Assembly (NCBI GenBank): GCA_029953675.1
Contig: JAMWBK010000008.1
Location: 1,736,001-1,800,000 of the forward strand
Source of the DNA: Rhodosorus marinus CCMP1338
Taxonomy: Eukaryota; Plantae; Rhodophyta
Direction: 5' to 3'
Length of the DNA: 64,000 nucleotides
Shown: piece after piece, positions 46,856 through 58,911 of the stretch
Layout of the letters: each line of letters starts with the position of its first letter
Position numbering within the stretch: the first letter of the stretch is position 1
The notes under the pieces: model-generated
What the model was told of the DNA's origin: nothing
What the model saw: the letters and a program-made list of their open reading frames with translations, nothing else
The model's database searches: none
Program-made: the position numbers and the translations under genes

Positions 46856-47818
46856 TCAGTTCTGACCTCGAAGTCCTCTGCCCATTCCCCCCCATCCAAA
46901 TCGGTTTCCTTCCTGCCCACCAGGCTGCCCGCCAGGCTGCCCATCATCCTCCACTGCCGCAGCTACTGCGCTGGCCTCGTCATTGTTTCCTACCAACCAG
47001 CTGAGAATCTATATATTTCGCACAAAATCAGATGAGCGTAAAAGAAGTTTTAGGCAAGGGCCAAGGGGTGATCAATAAATTTCAGATTGCAATTTGTTCA
47101 AGCGAGTAGTCCTTCGCATACCCTTGGCGTCCACAGAATCCTCTTTCCCCCCGTTATTATCGGATAAATGTCATAGAGAAAATAGTAAAAGTGTCCTGCA
47201 ATCACGCCAAGGATGTCCGCTTTGGCATGGTCCTGCGATGAGTTGTTGCTCCCAAGAATAAGGGAGAAGAGCAGCAAAACCCATGGGAGGTATGGAGCCC
47301 GGAAATTGAAGAGTCCTAATCAATATGTATGTGAATTAGAGCATTACCAACGTGCCGATCCCGCCCCTTTTCCACGTGTCGATCTGCATACCGAGAAAAT
47401 TCATTGCCATTCGTTCATTTCGACGTCCCCAAACGTAGACCATCATAAATGTCAGCGAGGGCCCCAGGAAAAGGACACCTGGAGTCAGTCGTGAAACAGC
47501 TAGAAGCAGCGTGCTGCCAAAGATGAGCATATACAGAAAGTCCGCGGTCTTGCCCCGGAATGAGTTGATCTCAAGCAGCTTGCAGTACCGGTACAAGAAG
47601 AACATGTGAAAGAGAAAGTCCAATCCAAACTTCCCAAAGAAGAAAAAGTTCGTCAACAACCGCCACACCTGACCCTCCAAAATCTGCGCCCAGTTCAAGT
47701 ACAGCTTCAAAGGAGATATCATATCCAGTGCACACATCCCCGTCGTGATCACTGACAACGCCACGTACGATCGAGTCACCGGTGGCATCAGCCTAAACCA
47801 TTCCTCAAAAAACGCCAT
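46856..47818 (-). CDS. DER1: Derlin (Der1/Derlin-2-like ERAD membrane protein), 3 exons
   Basis: MPPVTR...LYLNW...QVWRLLTNFFFFG...FLFHMFFLYRYC.LLE..SFRG.TADFL...YVWGRRN; exon 2 GLFNFRAPYLPW...GVIAGHFYYFLYDIYP; exon 3 ends RFGWGGMGRGLRGQN*. The first ATG is 47818 (the track start is GTG). Confidence 0.95.
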
Positions 47819-48184
47819 TTTCTCCACAAACTACCAAAACGAAGAAAAAAAAAACAAAGCCCGAAAACCAACGCGAAGAAAAACCTCAAAATCCCCTCAA
47901 CAAGCACCCCGCTTCTTGCTTCACCAAAAACCACCAAAACGCATACAAAAATCCTTCAAAAAAGCCGCCAATAAACTCAAATATGCCCGCCCACCCTATC
48001 CAACATCATCATCAAACCTACTAATCACAACACGCATCCAACCCATTGATCACTTCCCCCCAGAAAGTCATTACCCCAAAAACCTTTCCCTCCTCCGACT
48101 CACAAACACAAACGAACAACAAAAAAAACACTCACGCCCTCTACTTCATCCAATCTTTATCCTCTAATACACACATCCCATAGC

Positions 48185-48229
48185 TCTTCTCCCTCCCTCC
48201 CTCTCTCTCTCTCTCTCTCCCTCTTCTCC
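48185..48229 (-). repeat. (CT)n tract, equivalent to (GA)n on the Derlin sense strand, upstream of DER1
   Basis: Direct reading. Confidence 0.9.
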
Positions 48230-49133
48230 AAACCTCCCCCAAACCCAAATGCCACCTTCATCTCAATATGTAATCAACAAGAACAGAGTCCACTGTCAAA
48301 CCAAAAAGAACAGCCAATGTTACAGCTACAAAAAAAAAACTAAAAATATCAACTATGCTTGTCCAAAGAAATTCATTGGAATTTCAAAACAAAAATTATA
48401 AAAGAGATATAATCAATCCAAATAAGTTGATAATGACTGAAAACTATTATTATTTGTCTTCTTAATTCTTTGGATGTGATTTTCTTTAAATTTTTAGAAT
48501 TATTGACTGACTTTGTTTTTATTTATTTTATAGGATATATTGTATTTGTATTTTGAGGAAAAATGCTAGCTCAGTCATTGGAGAATTTTTCTCAAAAAGT
48601 GTTTTTAGTAATGTACTAATACGTGTTGGATATTGTACTATGTACTATGTACTATTTTTTTGTTTTGTTTTTTCGTCTGTTGTCTTACCGGAGGTTTTTT
48701 GGTGGTGGATGATGGAGTTTCTTTTGTAGAGAGCTGGTACCTTTTTTGGTGATGATGACTAGGCAAAGGAATCTGAGAACTACCGAGACGAGGAAGGCTT
48801 AAAAATCTCCTATCGGATTTTCTGTCCCCACCACCCCTCACCCCCGCCGCAACATCGTTCGAACGATCCAGCGAGCTAGGTACATCTTTATCGGATTTTG
48901 GAGATCCTCGATGCTGGTAGCACGATCACTATGCTTTGATATAGCTGAGATTCTACTAGTTACTTTTATTGTACGCCCTCCCCAATGACGTGGATGAAAC
49001 CTTATCATGCCTCTACATCTACGAGGATGACTGGCAGCTGCTGACGACTGCGTGTTTGGAGACTGCCGGTTTTATCCGCGGCTTTTAGTTTGCTTTTTTG
49101 CTGCTTTAATATTCTGTAGGATACCATACTAGA

Positions 49134-50578
49134 ATGGCAGAGCGAAATTCATCCTCCTCAGCTGACCTGGCGAGAAAGTAAGCAGTTCTCGTTCTAGTGC
49201 GTCTTGGATGTGGCCTTAGGGTCGATGGTCGCTAATTCTCAGTGCCTTCTGTTTCGTCCAGGCAGATTCATGGGGAGCAAGATCTGAGAGTTTTTCTGGA
49301 GTCCAATACGTTCAAGGTAATCCGCGGAGCTAGTATCCAGAATCAATCGGGAACGATATTTGTGGCTCAAGCGGAGTTCTCGAAACCCCTCGCCTAGGAC
49401 CTCTGGACGTTTGTGCTACGATGTAATGAAGCCGTAAAGAACAGCACAATCAGCAGTTGCCAAGATATGAAAGGATCAACGGCTGTCGACTCGCTCGTGA
49501 TTGTTCTTGACAACTTGAGCAAGCTGGTAGACGAAATCCCACCTGCAAACCAGGTGAGCTTGCACGCTGTGTCTTATCGCTCCAGATATCAGTCTCACAC
49601 CAGCACTTCTTCGATTAACCAGCCAGCGAGATACGGAAATAGCTCGTTCACCGTTTGGCATACAGAACTGGTCTCACGCTCGGAATCAATGATCGGTAAG
49701 TCCCAACTGGAAGGCAGCAGCGGGTTTGCTCTAGATTCATCGAGTCTAAGGCCTTGTCCATGTCTTCGGTTTTTGTCTCAGAATCTTTGCTTCCACCGGA
49801 CAAGTCCTCGCTTTCAGCAGAGCTTGCTCTGTACTTGAACGCGTCCTTCGGACATGAGATAAGAAGAGACTACGGTAGCGGTCACGAAGCAACGTTTCTC
49901 GTTCTGCTTTTTTGCCTCCTGAAGGTGTGAGCAGATCGTACTCAACCGGACACCCGACGCGTATCAAATCGGAGCAACATCCGCTGAATAGGAATCACAT
50001 CGCGTCTCTCACATTAGGTTGGAGCATTTCAAGAGGCAGACTTCAAGCTGCTCGTGCTTCGAGTCTTTACCAAGTACTTGGAGGTTACAAGAAAACTGCA
50101 GACGACCTACTGGTTGGAACCCGCTGGCTCACATGGGGTATGGGGCCTTGACGACTACTCGTTTCTGAACTTTCTTTGGGGTTCCGCTCAGCTGTTTGAC
50201 AACAAAGAGATTACACCGCCAAGCGTCGTCAGTTCCGAACAAGTTCTTAAAGATTGGTCTGATGAGTACCTCTACGTTGACGCCATAAGAGCAATCAAGC
50301 GGGTGAAGAAGGTACTAATTCATGTTTTCTCGTCCAAGCCGAAGCGGTTTTAGTAGATCCGTACTTGTGCCGTTCCACAAGCTGAAGCTTTTCCCGTTCG
50401 TCTGCGTCAGGGACCGTTCTTTGAGCATTCGCCGATGTTACGGGACATTTCAGAGGTACGAGAGGGCTGGCCAAAGATTAACTCAGGTCTTATAAAGATG
50501 TACAGAGCAGAAGTATGGGGCAAACTCCCTGTCGTCCAACACACACTGTTCGGGTCGATTTTCAAGTTCGATGAGTGA
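49134..50578 (+). CDS. PTPA: PP2A phosphotyrosyl phosphatase activator, multi-exon
   Basis: Spliced motifs [59 protein letters not shown] and [19 protein letters not shown]; start codon is tentative. Confidence 0.92.
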
Positions 50579-50899
50579 CACATGTTCGTCAGCAGCTCAA
50601 ACAAATCCCAGTGTACCCCCAACCCCGACCGGCTTGTCAGGAAGCAGAATAGATACTCTGCGTCTAGGACTTCCTTTCTTCAATGTTTGAACGGTTCTGG
50701 TGCTGCTCAGACGGATGCTGTTAAAGACGACGGGAGGTGCGCGAGAGATGCGCGATGTCGTCGAGAGATCTGCTCTGTCCTCAATCGACTGCCTCTGCGT
50801 GGGAGTGAACTTAACAATTACGCGCTAGAGGACGTGGTCAGATTTTGCAGTTCGAGGATCTAGTAAAGTCACACCAGTCTTTCCTCCGGGTCCAAAAAC

Positions 50900-51600
50900 C
50901 AGGTAATGCTTATCAAGAAGAAGCCCAAGCATGTGCGGATTAACAGATCTCCAAAGTCGCCTGTTGGGAATCTCAATCTCAAACAAGCTTATCAAAGAGA
51001 AACTGTTATGTCGAATGTAAAGGTCGATCAACCAAGCCTTCTTCCCCCGTAAAAGCACATACGACCATGATCTCCTTCTTAACGAAGCGGTCAAAAGGAG
51101 AGCCACGAAGTGACGTGGATCACTACTGACTGGAAAACGTGTAAACAGTTGCTGTGTCTCCGTATCTCTTCGAGTATGCCGTGAGTAGCTATTCCCATTT
51201 GGCGGGAAGCGTATCCCTGATGTGTGAATTCCTCTAGAAAACTTTTGTAGCTTTGCATCTTGCTCTCCCCCCAAGGTCATGGGGCAGGTACACACGGCGC
51301 AGGCTGCATACTTTGCTCGAGCAAACACATCACCCATCGCTGGAGAAAGACGGCAGAGTGCGGCAGCGATGGAAGACAATGCGGACTGCAATATTTGAAG
51401 AAGAAATTTGAAAGCCCAATTCATCCGCGAACACATCAAGGATCAGCATCCAGGCAAATCGTAGTAGTGACCTGGCAGTACGCATTCAGAGACACGAAGA
51501 ATAACAAGCAAGCTTCAACACCTTCCACTCTCCGTCAGCTCCGTGACCCATGCCCAACAGTCTTGACTCCTCTTCGGACTAGTTCACCATCAAGATGATC
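50900..51600 (-). mobile_element. Possible highly decayed Gypsy RNase H/integrase remnant
   Basis: Weak matches only (IAAALCRL to VADALSRL; WAFKF); heavily frameshifted. Confidence 0.3.
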
Positions 51601-51759
51601 GTCAAGTGCATTGTGAAGGCGGTGTTGTGGGCTCTTCGATGAGTCAAGAAGTAGGGCCCAGGAGTCAAAGATAGGAGTGCTTTTCTTCACTTATCAAGGA
51701 CAGGTCTTCACATGCGATCGTGAGTTGTAGATACAGAATCGTACAACTAAAACGAAATT

Positions 51760-52070
51760 ACAGACTCGTGACAGATCCTCAGGGAAGCAGGGCTGAGTCG
51801 GCAGATAGTTAAGGCAATCGTCATCAGCGTGCGTGGCGATGGCGCAGTGGTCCATTCGCGTGGGGGAGGAACTCAGCGCGATTGACGTCGCAGATGCCCT
51901 AACTACAGACACGTGACAAATCCGCAGGGAAGCAGGGCTGAGCCTTGACGGATTGTTAAGGCAATCGCCATCAGCGCGCGTGGCGATGACAGTAGGGATC
52001 CTTTCGCGTGGGGGAAGGGTACCCAACTATGCGAGGGAAAATCAGCGCGATCGGCCTCGCAGATGCCGAC
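51760..52070. repeat. Two-copy ~145-bp tandem repeat
   Basis: CAGAC.CGTGACA.ATCC.CAGGGAAGCAGGGCTGAG...GTTAAGGCAATCG.CATCAGCG.GCGTGGCGATG...TCC.TTCGCGTGGGG...CAGCGCGAT...TCGCAGATGCC at ~51761 and ~51906. Confidence 0.9.
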
Positions 52071-52724
52071 GGGACTTGTAAAGTCAAACTGGACCGTCGG
52101 TGTAGCTTCAGATCTGTCAAATATTGGCTCCAAAAACATCCATTCAGATCCCGTCCTCACCAGTACAAAAACGCCAGCTCGACCAGAATCACCATTCCCC
52201 ATGGAGTTCAACTCCCCAAGTGAAAGCCACAAAAATAACATCGGCCTTCTTAAAAACCCTACCGGAGTTTGATTTTTAAAATATTTTGAAGGTTTTATGG
52301 GCTCATTTTTGCACTCGTTTGGGTATCATTAGCCATTAATGTTTAGCCAGGATTCTGTGGAGATTAAGGCATGTAAATCATGTAGGTATAAAATCTGACT
52401 TTTTAGGGCTCGATTGATTGAGGGGGGGGGGTGGGCAGGGTGGGCCGGGAGAGTGGAGAGCTCTGTAGGGATATAGTATGAGATTCTTAACCTTTTTATG
52501 GGAATGGGAATGATCTAGATAAGTTTTGTCTGAGGAACGTGCAATGTAGGGACGGTGAAGGGTTGAAGACGGTGGGAGTCAGGGGCGTACTGTTTTGTTT
52601 AGGTTTCGGGGCTGTGTGGAGAAGGGTTTCGGGTTGGGCATTTGAGTGTCTTCTACTCCTAGCCTGTTTTTTGCTTTTTTTGTCCCGGGACGGGGTTTGA
52701 CATGAAATGTGTTGTGAGTGAGAT

Positions 52725-55250
52725 TTGAGGATGGCACGGGATGAGCAAGCCAATGGGGCGTCGTTTGGACCGGACCACTATTGCTTCCATCGCGAGGTTA
52801 GCAGTAACGCAGAAGCTGAGGATCGCTTCCGTGACGTCGCAAGCGTCGTTTCGAAACTAGTTAGTAGCGGATCGACGACATCTGAGGCTCTCCAAGAGGC
52901 GCAAACTCGGTATGGTGGTGACCTGAACATTGTTGCTGGCGAGAGTTGGGATTTTGGGGGGAATGTGCAGGACGTCCTCATACTTGGTTGCGCGATTTCA
53001 ACCGAGGAGGTTCATATTTTCATGGAAAACGTCGGTTCTACGCCCGTAACTGCGGCACCCCGACTATCGGACATGAAATCGCTCTTGGCGAATTCTAGGG
53101 ACGGGCTTCTGTGGGAACTCTCTGACATCGCAAACCGGCTTCCTTCTGAAACCATCAGAGACGAGGAACTCAGCGATGTGAGGTACTTCAAGGATATCAG
53201 TGCATGGGGAGGATCTGCCTTGTTTCGTCTGAGAATACTCACGCCCGAGGAGACGACGAATGAAGCGATTCACGAATCCCGAATGGACGCCCTATTGCGC
53301 CTCCAGTCGATCACCAGCAAGGAAGAAGCCTCGAGGAACTTGATTGTTTCGGAGCTTGTCGGAGTACTAGATGATTCACGTGCGTTGGTGCGAGTGCTAC
53401 ACAACCTTGCCGTAGTCGCCATGCCGAATGACAGAGACATGCCAATTGAAGTCGGTAAGCTCATGCGTGATCTGGTGTACCTGGTTACGCTTGTTACCGG
53501 ATCGGTTGAAGCAGGTCTAAAACTTGGCTGGCTCCTTGAGATCCTGGCGAGGCTTGGATCCGGCGCTAAAGTCGTAGACTTTGCTAGAGAGTTTTTGAGG
53601 AATGACCAACCTCCAGTGGCAGTGATCGCGTGCGCTGCAAACAGTTCACAATCACCCTGGCTGGGTGAGATGGCAGCGATGGCAGAAAATCTGGCCAACG
53701 CTTTAGATGATCTCGGCTGGATTGTGGTATTGGTCAGCTGCTGTGGGCCAAAAGACACTCTCGCGAACGCAACCAAACTCGCACGCGGTCGTGAAGGAGG
53801 TGCTTGTGACGTTTTCGCGCTGAAGAACTCGGGTATTTCTTCAGCGCACTCGCACTACGTAGTGCGAACGGTACATTCCATCCGGGAGGCTCCAAGGGCG
53901 GAACGCAGTGATTTATGCAGGCTCTTCGCGCAAGAAGGTCTGAAAACTCTCAAGGCAGAAAAGATAAGACCGGGGGCGGTGTTCTCCTGTGGATGGGCAA
54001 CCACACAGTTTGCGGATGTTGCGTTGCGACCTGGAAGAGGATTCGAAAGCGACGATGGTGCTAGTCTCTCTCAGTTCTTTGCCTCTACGGAGTTTGTTCA
54101 CATGGTTGAACCACATGACATCGGAAGTGTTCAGGTTGATGGAGGACAGGACGGAACACTGCTCGCTCTCGAAACTTGCCGCTCGTGGGGCACCGTTGGA
54201 ATGCCCGAGCTGTGGTCGGAGCAACCCGAGAGCGTGATGAAAAAATTAGAGCTCATCCTCGAGGGTAGAGAGCAGGATGGATTTCATTCTAGTATTGGTT
54301 GTGTGATCGATCAGCGGACGGCCCTTATTAGCCATCTCGCAGCGAGGAAGGAACTGGTTCGGCGGAATCTCGTCTCTGGCGCAGAGAACCAAGCTGTTGT
54401 GTGCATCCAGCTCTCAGTTTCCGGCCGATCGGATGCAGCTAGTGCTCAGGCTGTGGACGAAACCTTGAAGGAAATTGAAGGGATGATCCTGGGGCCTAAA
54501 GGAGGGTCGTTCATGTTTCTCTTTGTTCCGTCGTCTCCGTCGTCGACGTTGGCGTCTCCAGCATCGAGCTGGTTGATCTCCCCATCGACTTCAACGCAGC
54601 CGTACCCGGGTCTGGCGCAGCTGCGGCGAAATTATCCGAAACGTGTTGCGATTGTTCCAACAGATCTTAGCCGCCATGCATTTACGGGAGCGGATTGTGC
54701 ACTTCTGTCGGACTCATCTAAGGCGTTTACGAACGGCCTAAGAGGAGTTGGCACTAAAGTCCTTTTCGCCAGTGATGCGGATTGGATAAAGAGGTTAGCA
54801 TCGATGGGTCAGCTCAGCAGCAGATCGCAACCAGCGAGAGCTGCAGTAGTTGCAACAGCACTGCCGCTGCAATCTGTTGTTGAGACCTGGTCGAAGCAGC
54901 TTCAACTGATGCTCAAGCACGTGCCTGTGAGTTGCCCGGCTGATTTCAAGTACGAGCTGGAAGCCACTCAGAAAGCCAGCTGGGCTTTTTTGGATAGCCG
55001 AACGTCCAGAATAGATGTGACCCGACTAGGTGCAAAACGGGTGAATCTCGTCGGTTCGTTCAACGATTGGTCTGGACAGCTTCAGATGACGGGCAGTCCA
55101 GCAGACGGGAAGTTTAGGATCAAGTTGAGACTTCCGAGAAGAAAGCACCTCTTCAAGCTCGTCGTGGACGGCGAATGGACAACAGACTCAAAAAACCCGG
55201 AAGAAGTCGATGCAAATGGGTTCAAGAATAACTATATAGTTGTTAGCTGA
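52725..55250 (+). CDS. Starch/glycogen-synthase-like (GT5/GT-B) protein with degenerate catalytic motifs and a C-terminal CBM48/AMPK-beta-type glycogen-binding domain
   Basis: C-terminus GAKRVNLVGSFNDW...G.F.IKLRLP..KH.FKLVVDGEW...D.NGFKNNYI.V is a CBM48. The centre follows GT5 order: VAVIA...MAENLANALDDLGWIVVLV, CGWAT, ARKELVRR, HAFTGADCALL. Confidence 0.75.
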   Translation: MRMARDEQANGASFGPDHYCFHREVSSNAEAEDRFRDVASVVSKLVSSGSTTSEALQEAQTRYGGDLNIVAGESWDFGGNVQDVLILGCAISTEEVHIFMENVGSTPVTAAPRLSDMKSLLANSRDGLLWELSDIANRLPSETIRDEELSDVRYFKDISAWGGSALFRLRILTPEETTNEAIHESRMDALLRLQSITSKEEASRNLIVSELVGVLDDSRALVRVLHNLAVVAMPNDRDMPIEVGKLMRDLVYLVTLVTGSVEAGLKLGWLLEILARLGSGAKVVDFAREFLRNDQPPVAVIACAANSSQSPWLGEMAAMAENLANALDDLGWIVVLVSCCGPKDTLANATKLARGREGGACDVFALKNSGISSAHSHYVVRTVHSIREAPRAERSDLCRLFAQEGLKTLKAEKIRPGAVFSCGWATTQFADVALRPGRGFESDDGASLSQFFASTEFVHMVEPHDIGSVQVDGGQDGTLLALETCRSWGTVGMPELWSEQPESVMKKLELILEGREQDGFHSSIGCVIDQRTALISHLAARKELVRRNLVSGAENQAVVCIQLSVSGRSDAASAQAVDETLKEIEGMILGPKGGSFMFLFVPSSPSSTLASPASSWLISPSTSTQPYPGLAQLRRNYPKRVAIVPTDLSRHAFTGADCALLSDSSKAFTNGLRGVGTKVLFASDADWIKRLASMGQLSSRSQPARAAVVATALPLQSVVETWSKQLQLMLKHVPVSCPADFKYELEATQKASWAFLDSRTSRIDVTRLGAKRVNLVGSFNDWSGQLQMTGSPADGKFRIKLRLPRRKHLFKLVVDGEWTTDSKNPEEVDANGFKNNYIVVS

Positions 55251-55835
55251 TACTTTCTGCTCTAGTTCTTCATTGCCATCGGTAACCGGAAATGGGAGAA
55301 GTTTGGTTCAGCACATTCTATTGATCGAGGGCCGCTCGCTCATGGTTTCTTTAATAATTATTCACTGAAATGCTTCTGAAAAGCTAGACTGCAGACCATT
55401 GCGTTGCAGGCTGGAACACTCAATCCAGCTGCATCATCAACTTCGATCGACGCGACAGACGAGGACTGTCAGAAGAGTAGTCAAGAGCCTTGGAGGTTCG
55501 CTGAACCTCAGTCGAGCGAAAGACGTGAAAGACAGACATTGGGCAGAGCCTTCTCAACAGCGTTCACCTACGGGCACCATCTCAAACCCGTTGCGACCAT
55601 TTTCACCCCAGTCTATACACCGTGAACGCATCCGCCTGCGGTTCGTCTTGTTTTTTGGCGAGTCTGGAGCGGTTGTTCACAGCGTGCTGGCTCAGGTCAT
55701 CGGGGAGCGCTAGCTGGTGCAGGATATGGCTTTCGTCCTCCCCATGTCGCAGGACAAGTTTCCTTAATAACTTGAGGTTCGCTCGTTGCGCGTATGGATC
55801 AAATACAGCGCTCGCTAGCCTCCGTTCGCGATGCG

Positions 55836-57489
55836 TCAATATTTGATAATGACTGCTTTCCTCTGCGGCGTGGTAACAACGCCTGAACCCCATAAGTACC
55901 TCATTCCGCGGGTCCAATGACGTACACAGCCTCTGTTCTTCGTCTTCATGTTTCGAATCTTTGTAGCAACCTCGCGCTCCCTCCAGAGAATATTCACTTC
56001 ATCGACGCTGTGCTGGGTGTTGAATGAAAGCTCATGGTAGTGATGTACTGTGACGTAGATCTTGAGTTCATTCAACACCGAGCGCAGAGATTCCACCCAT
56101 AATCTATGAAACCCAAAGCTGGAATGGGATTCGTAGTCCTTGAGGATTTTATCCAAAAGCAGTTCAGAGGCGTTTGCCAGCTCCATGGTGAACATGGATG
56201 CCGTCGTCTCAGTGCTAACTACCCAGCTCAGGACTTGAGTCACATCCGCGGCGGCCTAAACCAAAAAAAAAAGGGACGAACGGATAAATGAAGGGAGAGG
56301 GTTTTCAGCTTCTCCAAACCCGCCAGACCCGGGCAATCTAACGGAACAGATGATGAAATGAAACATGACGGACCTTAACGTGCAAGTAGAACGGATCTTC
56401 ACGATCAAGCTCCTCGCTTATGGTGCCAACTTCCGCGATCTCATACATAACCGGCATTACGTACATTCTGGAAACATTTGCTGCTCCCTTATCTAGAGCG
56501 GCAGCTCTCGTAATGAGCTCGTACTCTTTGCTAAAAGCACTGAAGACCAGCTTTGACTGTTTGGCCACATGGCCCCCAAGAAGTTCAGAATGGTGGACGT
56601 ATTCTGCTACTGGACCGTCGACGATCTCCAGGAAGTCAAGGAACGGATGCGCATCGTTTCTCGCTTTGACCTTCTTCTTGACGCGGTAGCCTTCCGGTGC
56701 TGCTCCTCTCAGATAATTCCATCTGAGGCCCGCCGGGTGGTACTCAACGACATAGTCATGAAGCTGCTTTGTGAATCCTTTGATCGCTGTTGCATAGTCG
56801 GAATGGACTGGATCGCAGTTCAGTTGGATAAAGTTGCTCAGGATATTATCACATTCTAGATCGATGACTTGATTGTACTCCTTCACGTGCTTTACCGTGT
56901 TGGGAGCCACAACCCAGCCCAACATTGTTGACAGATCAGCGAGCGCCTGGAAGTGGTGCTTTTTGGGATCATTCGGATCACAATCCCGATTGTACTCAAC
57001 CGCATCGTCAGCACAGTCAGTGAGCGGCTCGCATTTGGCGATAAGGTCATCTCTCGGGGGCATAGAAACTGATGCCGCGTAGGAAATTATTCCGGTTTCT
57101 GCTTCAACGGCTTCCTCAAAAGCCAGCATCTGGTCACGAACATCACCACCTATCTTCTCAGCTAAAGTCGACATCTTCGCAAGATCCGATCTTACAAAAC
57201 TGTTGAAAACCTCTCCAGGATCCGTATCTACGACACGACCAAGCACAACCAAAACATTGCTGAGTCCTCTTTATACCCCCTGAATCGGAGTTTCCATTCA
57301 ACGGCACGTGAGAAACCCCGTCCTGGAGTAAACCATACCGGTCTCAACGGCAAGGAACCCAGTCCGCATACGTCGATCTTTGGGTATCTTCTTCGAGAGC
57401 TCCTCCAACTTTCCAATACTCGCATCCATCGCATTGAAAGTGGATTTGATATTTGGATAGCGTTTCCTAGGAATTGGAGCTAAAAACAT
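55836..57489 (-). CDS. Protein with two tandem CAP_N-like (cyclase-associated protein helical) domains
   Basis: Exons 57489-57339, 57227-56374 and 56255 onward (3' end uncertain). Each unit shows HF.AL.D....LGWV...HP.GLRWN or HVKA.ADV.QVLSWV...HH.HELSFN, and both open with an F..F...GG.V..Q helix. Confidence 0.75.
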
Positions 57490-58399
57490 GGAGAACTCTT
57501 CAACGAAAGGGTCCAAAGCAGAAAGCCCGCCGTTCCTTCACAAAAAAAAAAATTCGGTTAAAGCAATGTTCTGATTGCATCTAGAACTTACCCAGTTCCT
57601 TGTCCTCACAGCGAAACTCAGCAAAGCAGGTAAGACCCCAAAGGTTCTTATCCACGCTCTCAACTACGTCATCGATCGCATACGTACTACTCCCAAACAT
57701 CTTGCCCTCCCTCTAACCCCTTTTACACTTCAAAATCTAATCCTTATCATTTCAAGCGATCCTTAATGCTTCATTCACTCGTTCGTCTCCTCAGCATCCG
57801 TCCAAACATTTCCCGCCTCCCTCCAGACTGCCGCTTTGTGCTAACGCACACACAACCCACTATCCTTATCGTCCATCGCTTTTTCTGTCCCAGAATCTGG
57901 GACAGGACGTTCCATCCATAGCAATGAATGGAACTGTGTCGTGGGCGTGTCGAGGATCTGTAGCGCAGTCTGTGCGAGAAAGGTGCCCATAGAAATAAAG
58001 TAGCATGCCACGAAAAAAAATTGCGCGGAGGTTGTTGAAGATATACAGCTGGATCCTGAGCTGTTCCCTCGCCGTGGAAATTTTTGTGGCAGCAGATTTG
58101 GGACGGGTATTTTATATGCAAAGATCGGGAGTAGCGGCCTGTCGGAAGAAGGTCACCGCATCGAGAGCATCGCCAGACTTTTGCAATGTACTCTCCAGTG
58201 ACGATAGTATCCAGCTCTGAATCTAGACCTGTTTCCCCTCCATCTCGAAAGTCTGGGACAGCAAGAATGGGACAGAAATTCCGTCGTCACCGATGGGCGC
58301 TAGAGGGCCACTTAACAGGTCGTGAGCCCGGTCTATGCGAGGAACGGTGTCGCATCGGCAACGGCGATGGCCTTGCTACGGCAATGACAGAGGTCGGGC

Positions 58400-58560
58400 G
58401 GGTCCATCTCTTCTCGCTGGCTTCGTCATGTTTCTCGCCGTGCCCCCAAGCGTCTTGACAGCCTCCTCACGGGAATTGTCTCTGAATCTCTGGCGTTTGA
58501 ATGCTACTTTGTTGTTGGACGCGCGTCATCAGCGTTTCCCTTTCGGCCGCTAAGTGTAGA
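58400..58560 (+). mobile_element. Isolated family A-like RLE 3' fragment
   Basis: CTTGACAGCCTCCTCACGG...CTCTGGCGTTTGAATGCTACTTTGTTGTTGGACGCGCGTCATCAGCGT (SLNLWRLNATLLLDARHQR) matches 1105-1125 and 1266-1325. Confidence 0.75.
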
Positions 58561-58911
58561 TCCGCTATCGGCTCGGCATAACTTTCTTAGCTCGACAGAA
58601 CTTTTCGCATTGACCCGGGGAAGTACCGTCCATGCGAGGAAGGCCACGGCACCGAGAACGGCACAGACATTCCTTGAAATCTCCGGTGGATGCATTCTCC
58701 AGAACGATATAAACCGGGTCAGCAATCCTGCTCAGTCTCAAACTCTTTCATCCCCGCTTAGAAGTTGGGGCACCAGGAGCGCGGGACGGAAACGGCATGC
58801 AGGACAATTTATTCGGCAAGTAGGCGGACGAGATTTGCTGGGGTTGATGAAGTGGATGGAACCTCTGGAGAGACCTAGACAGCCAGTGCCCTCTGGTTTT
58901 TTCTCGATTGG

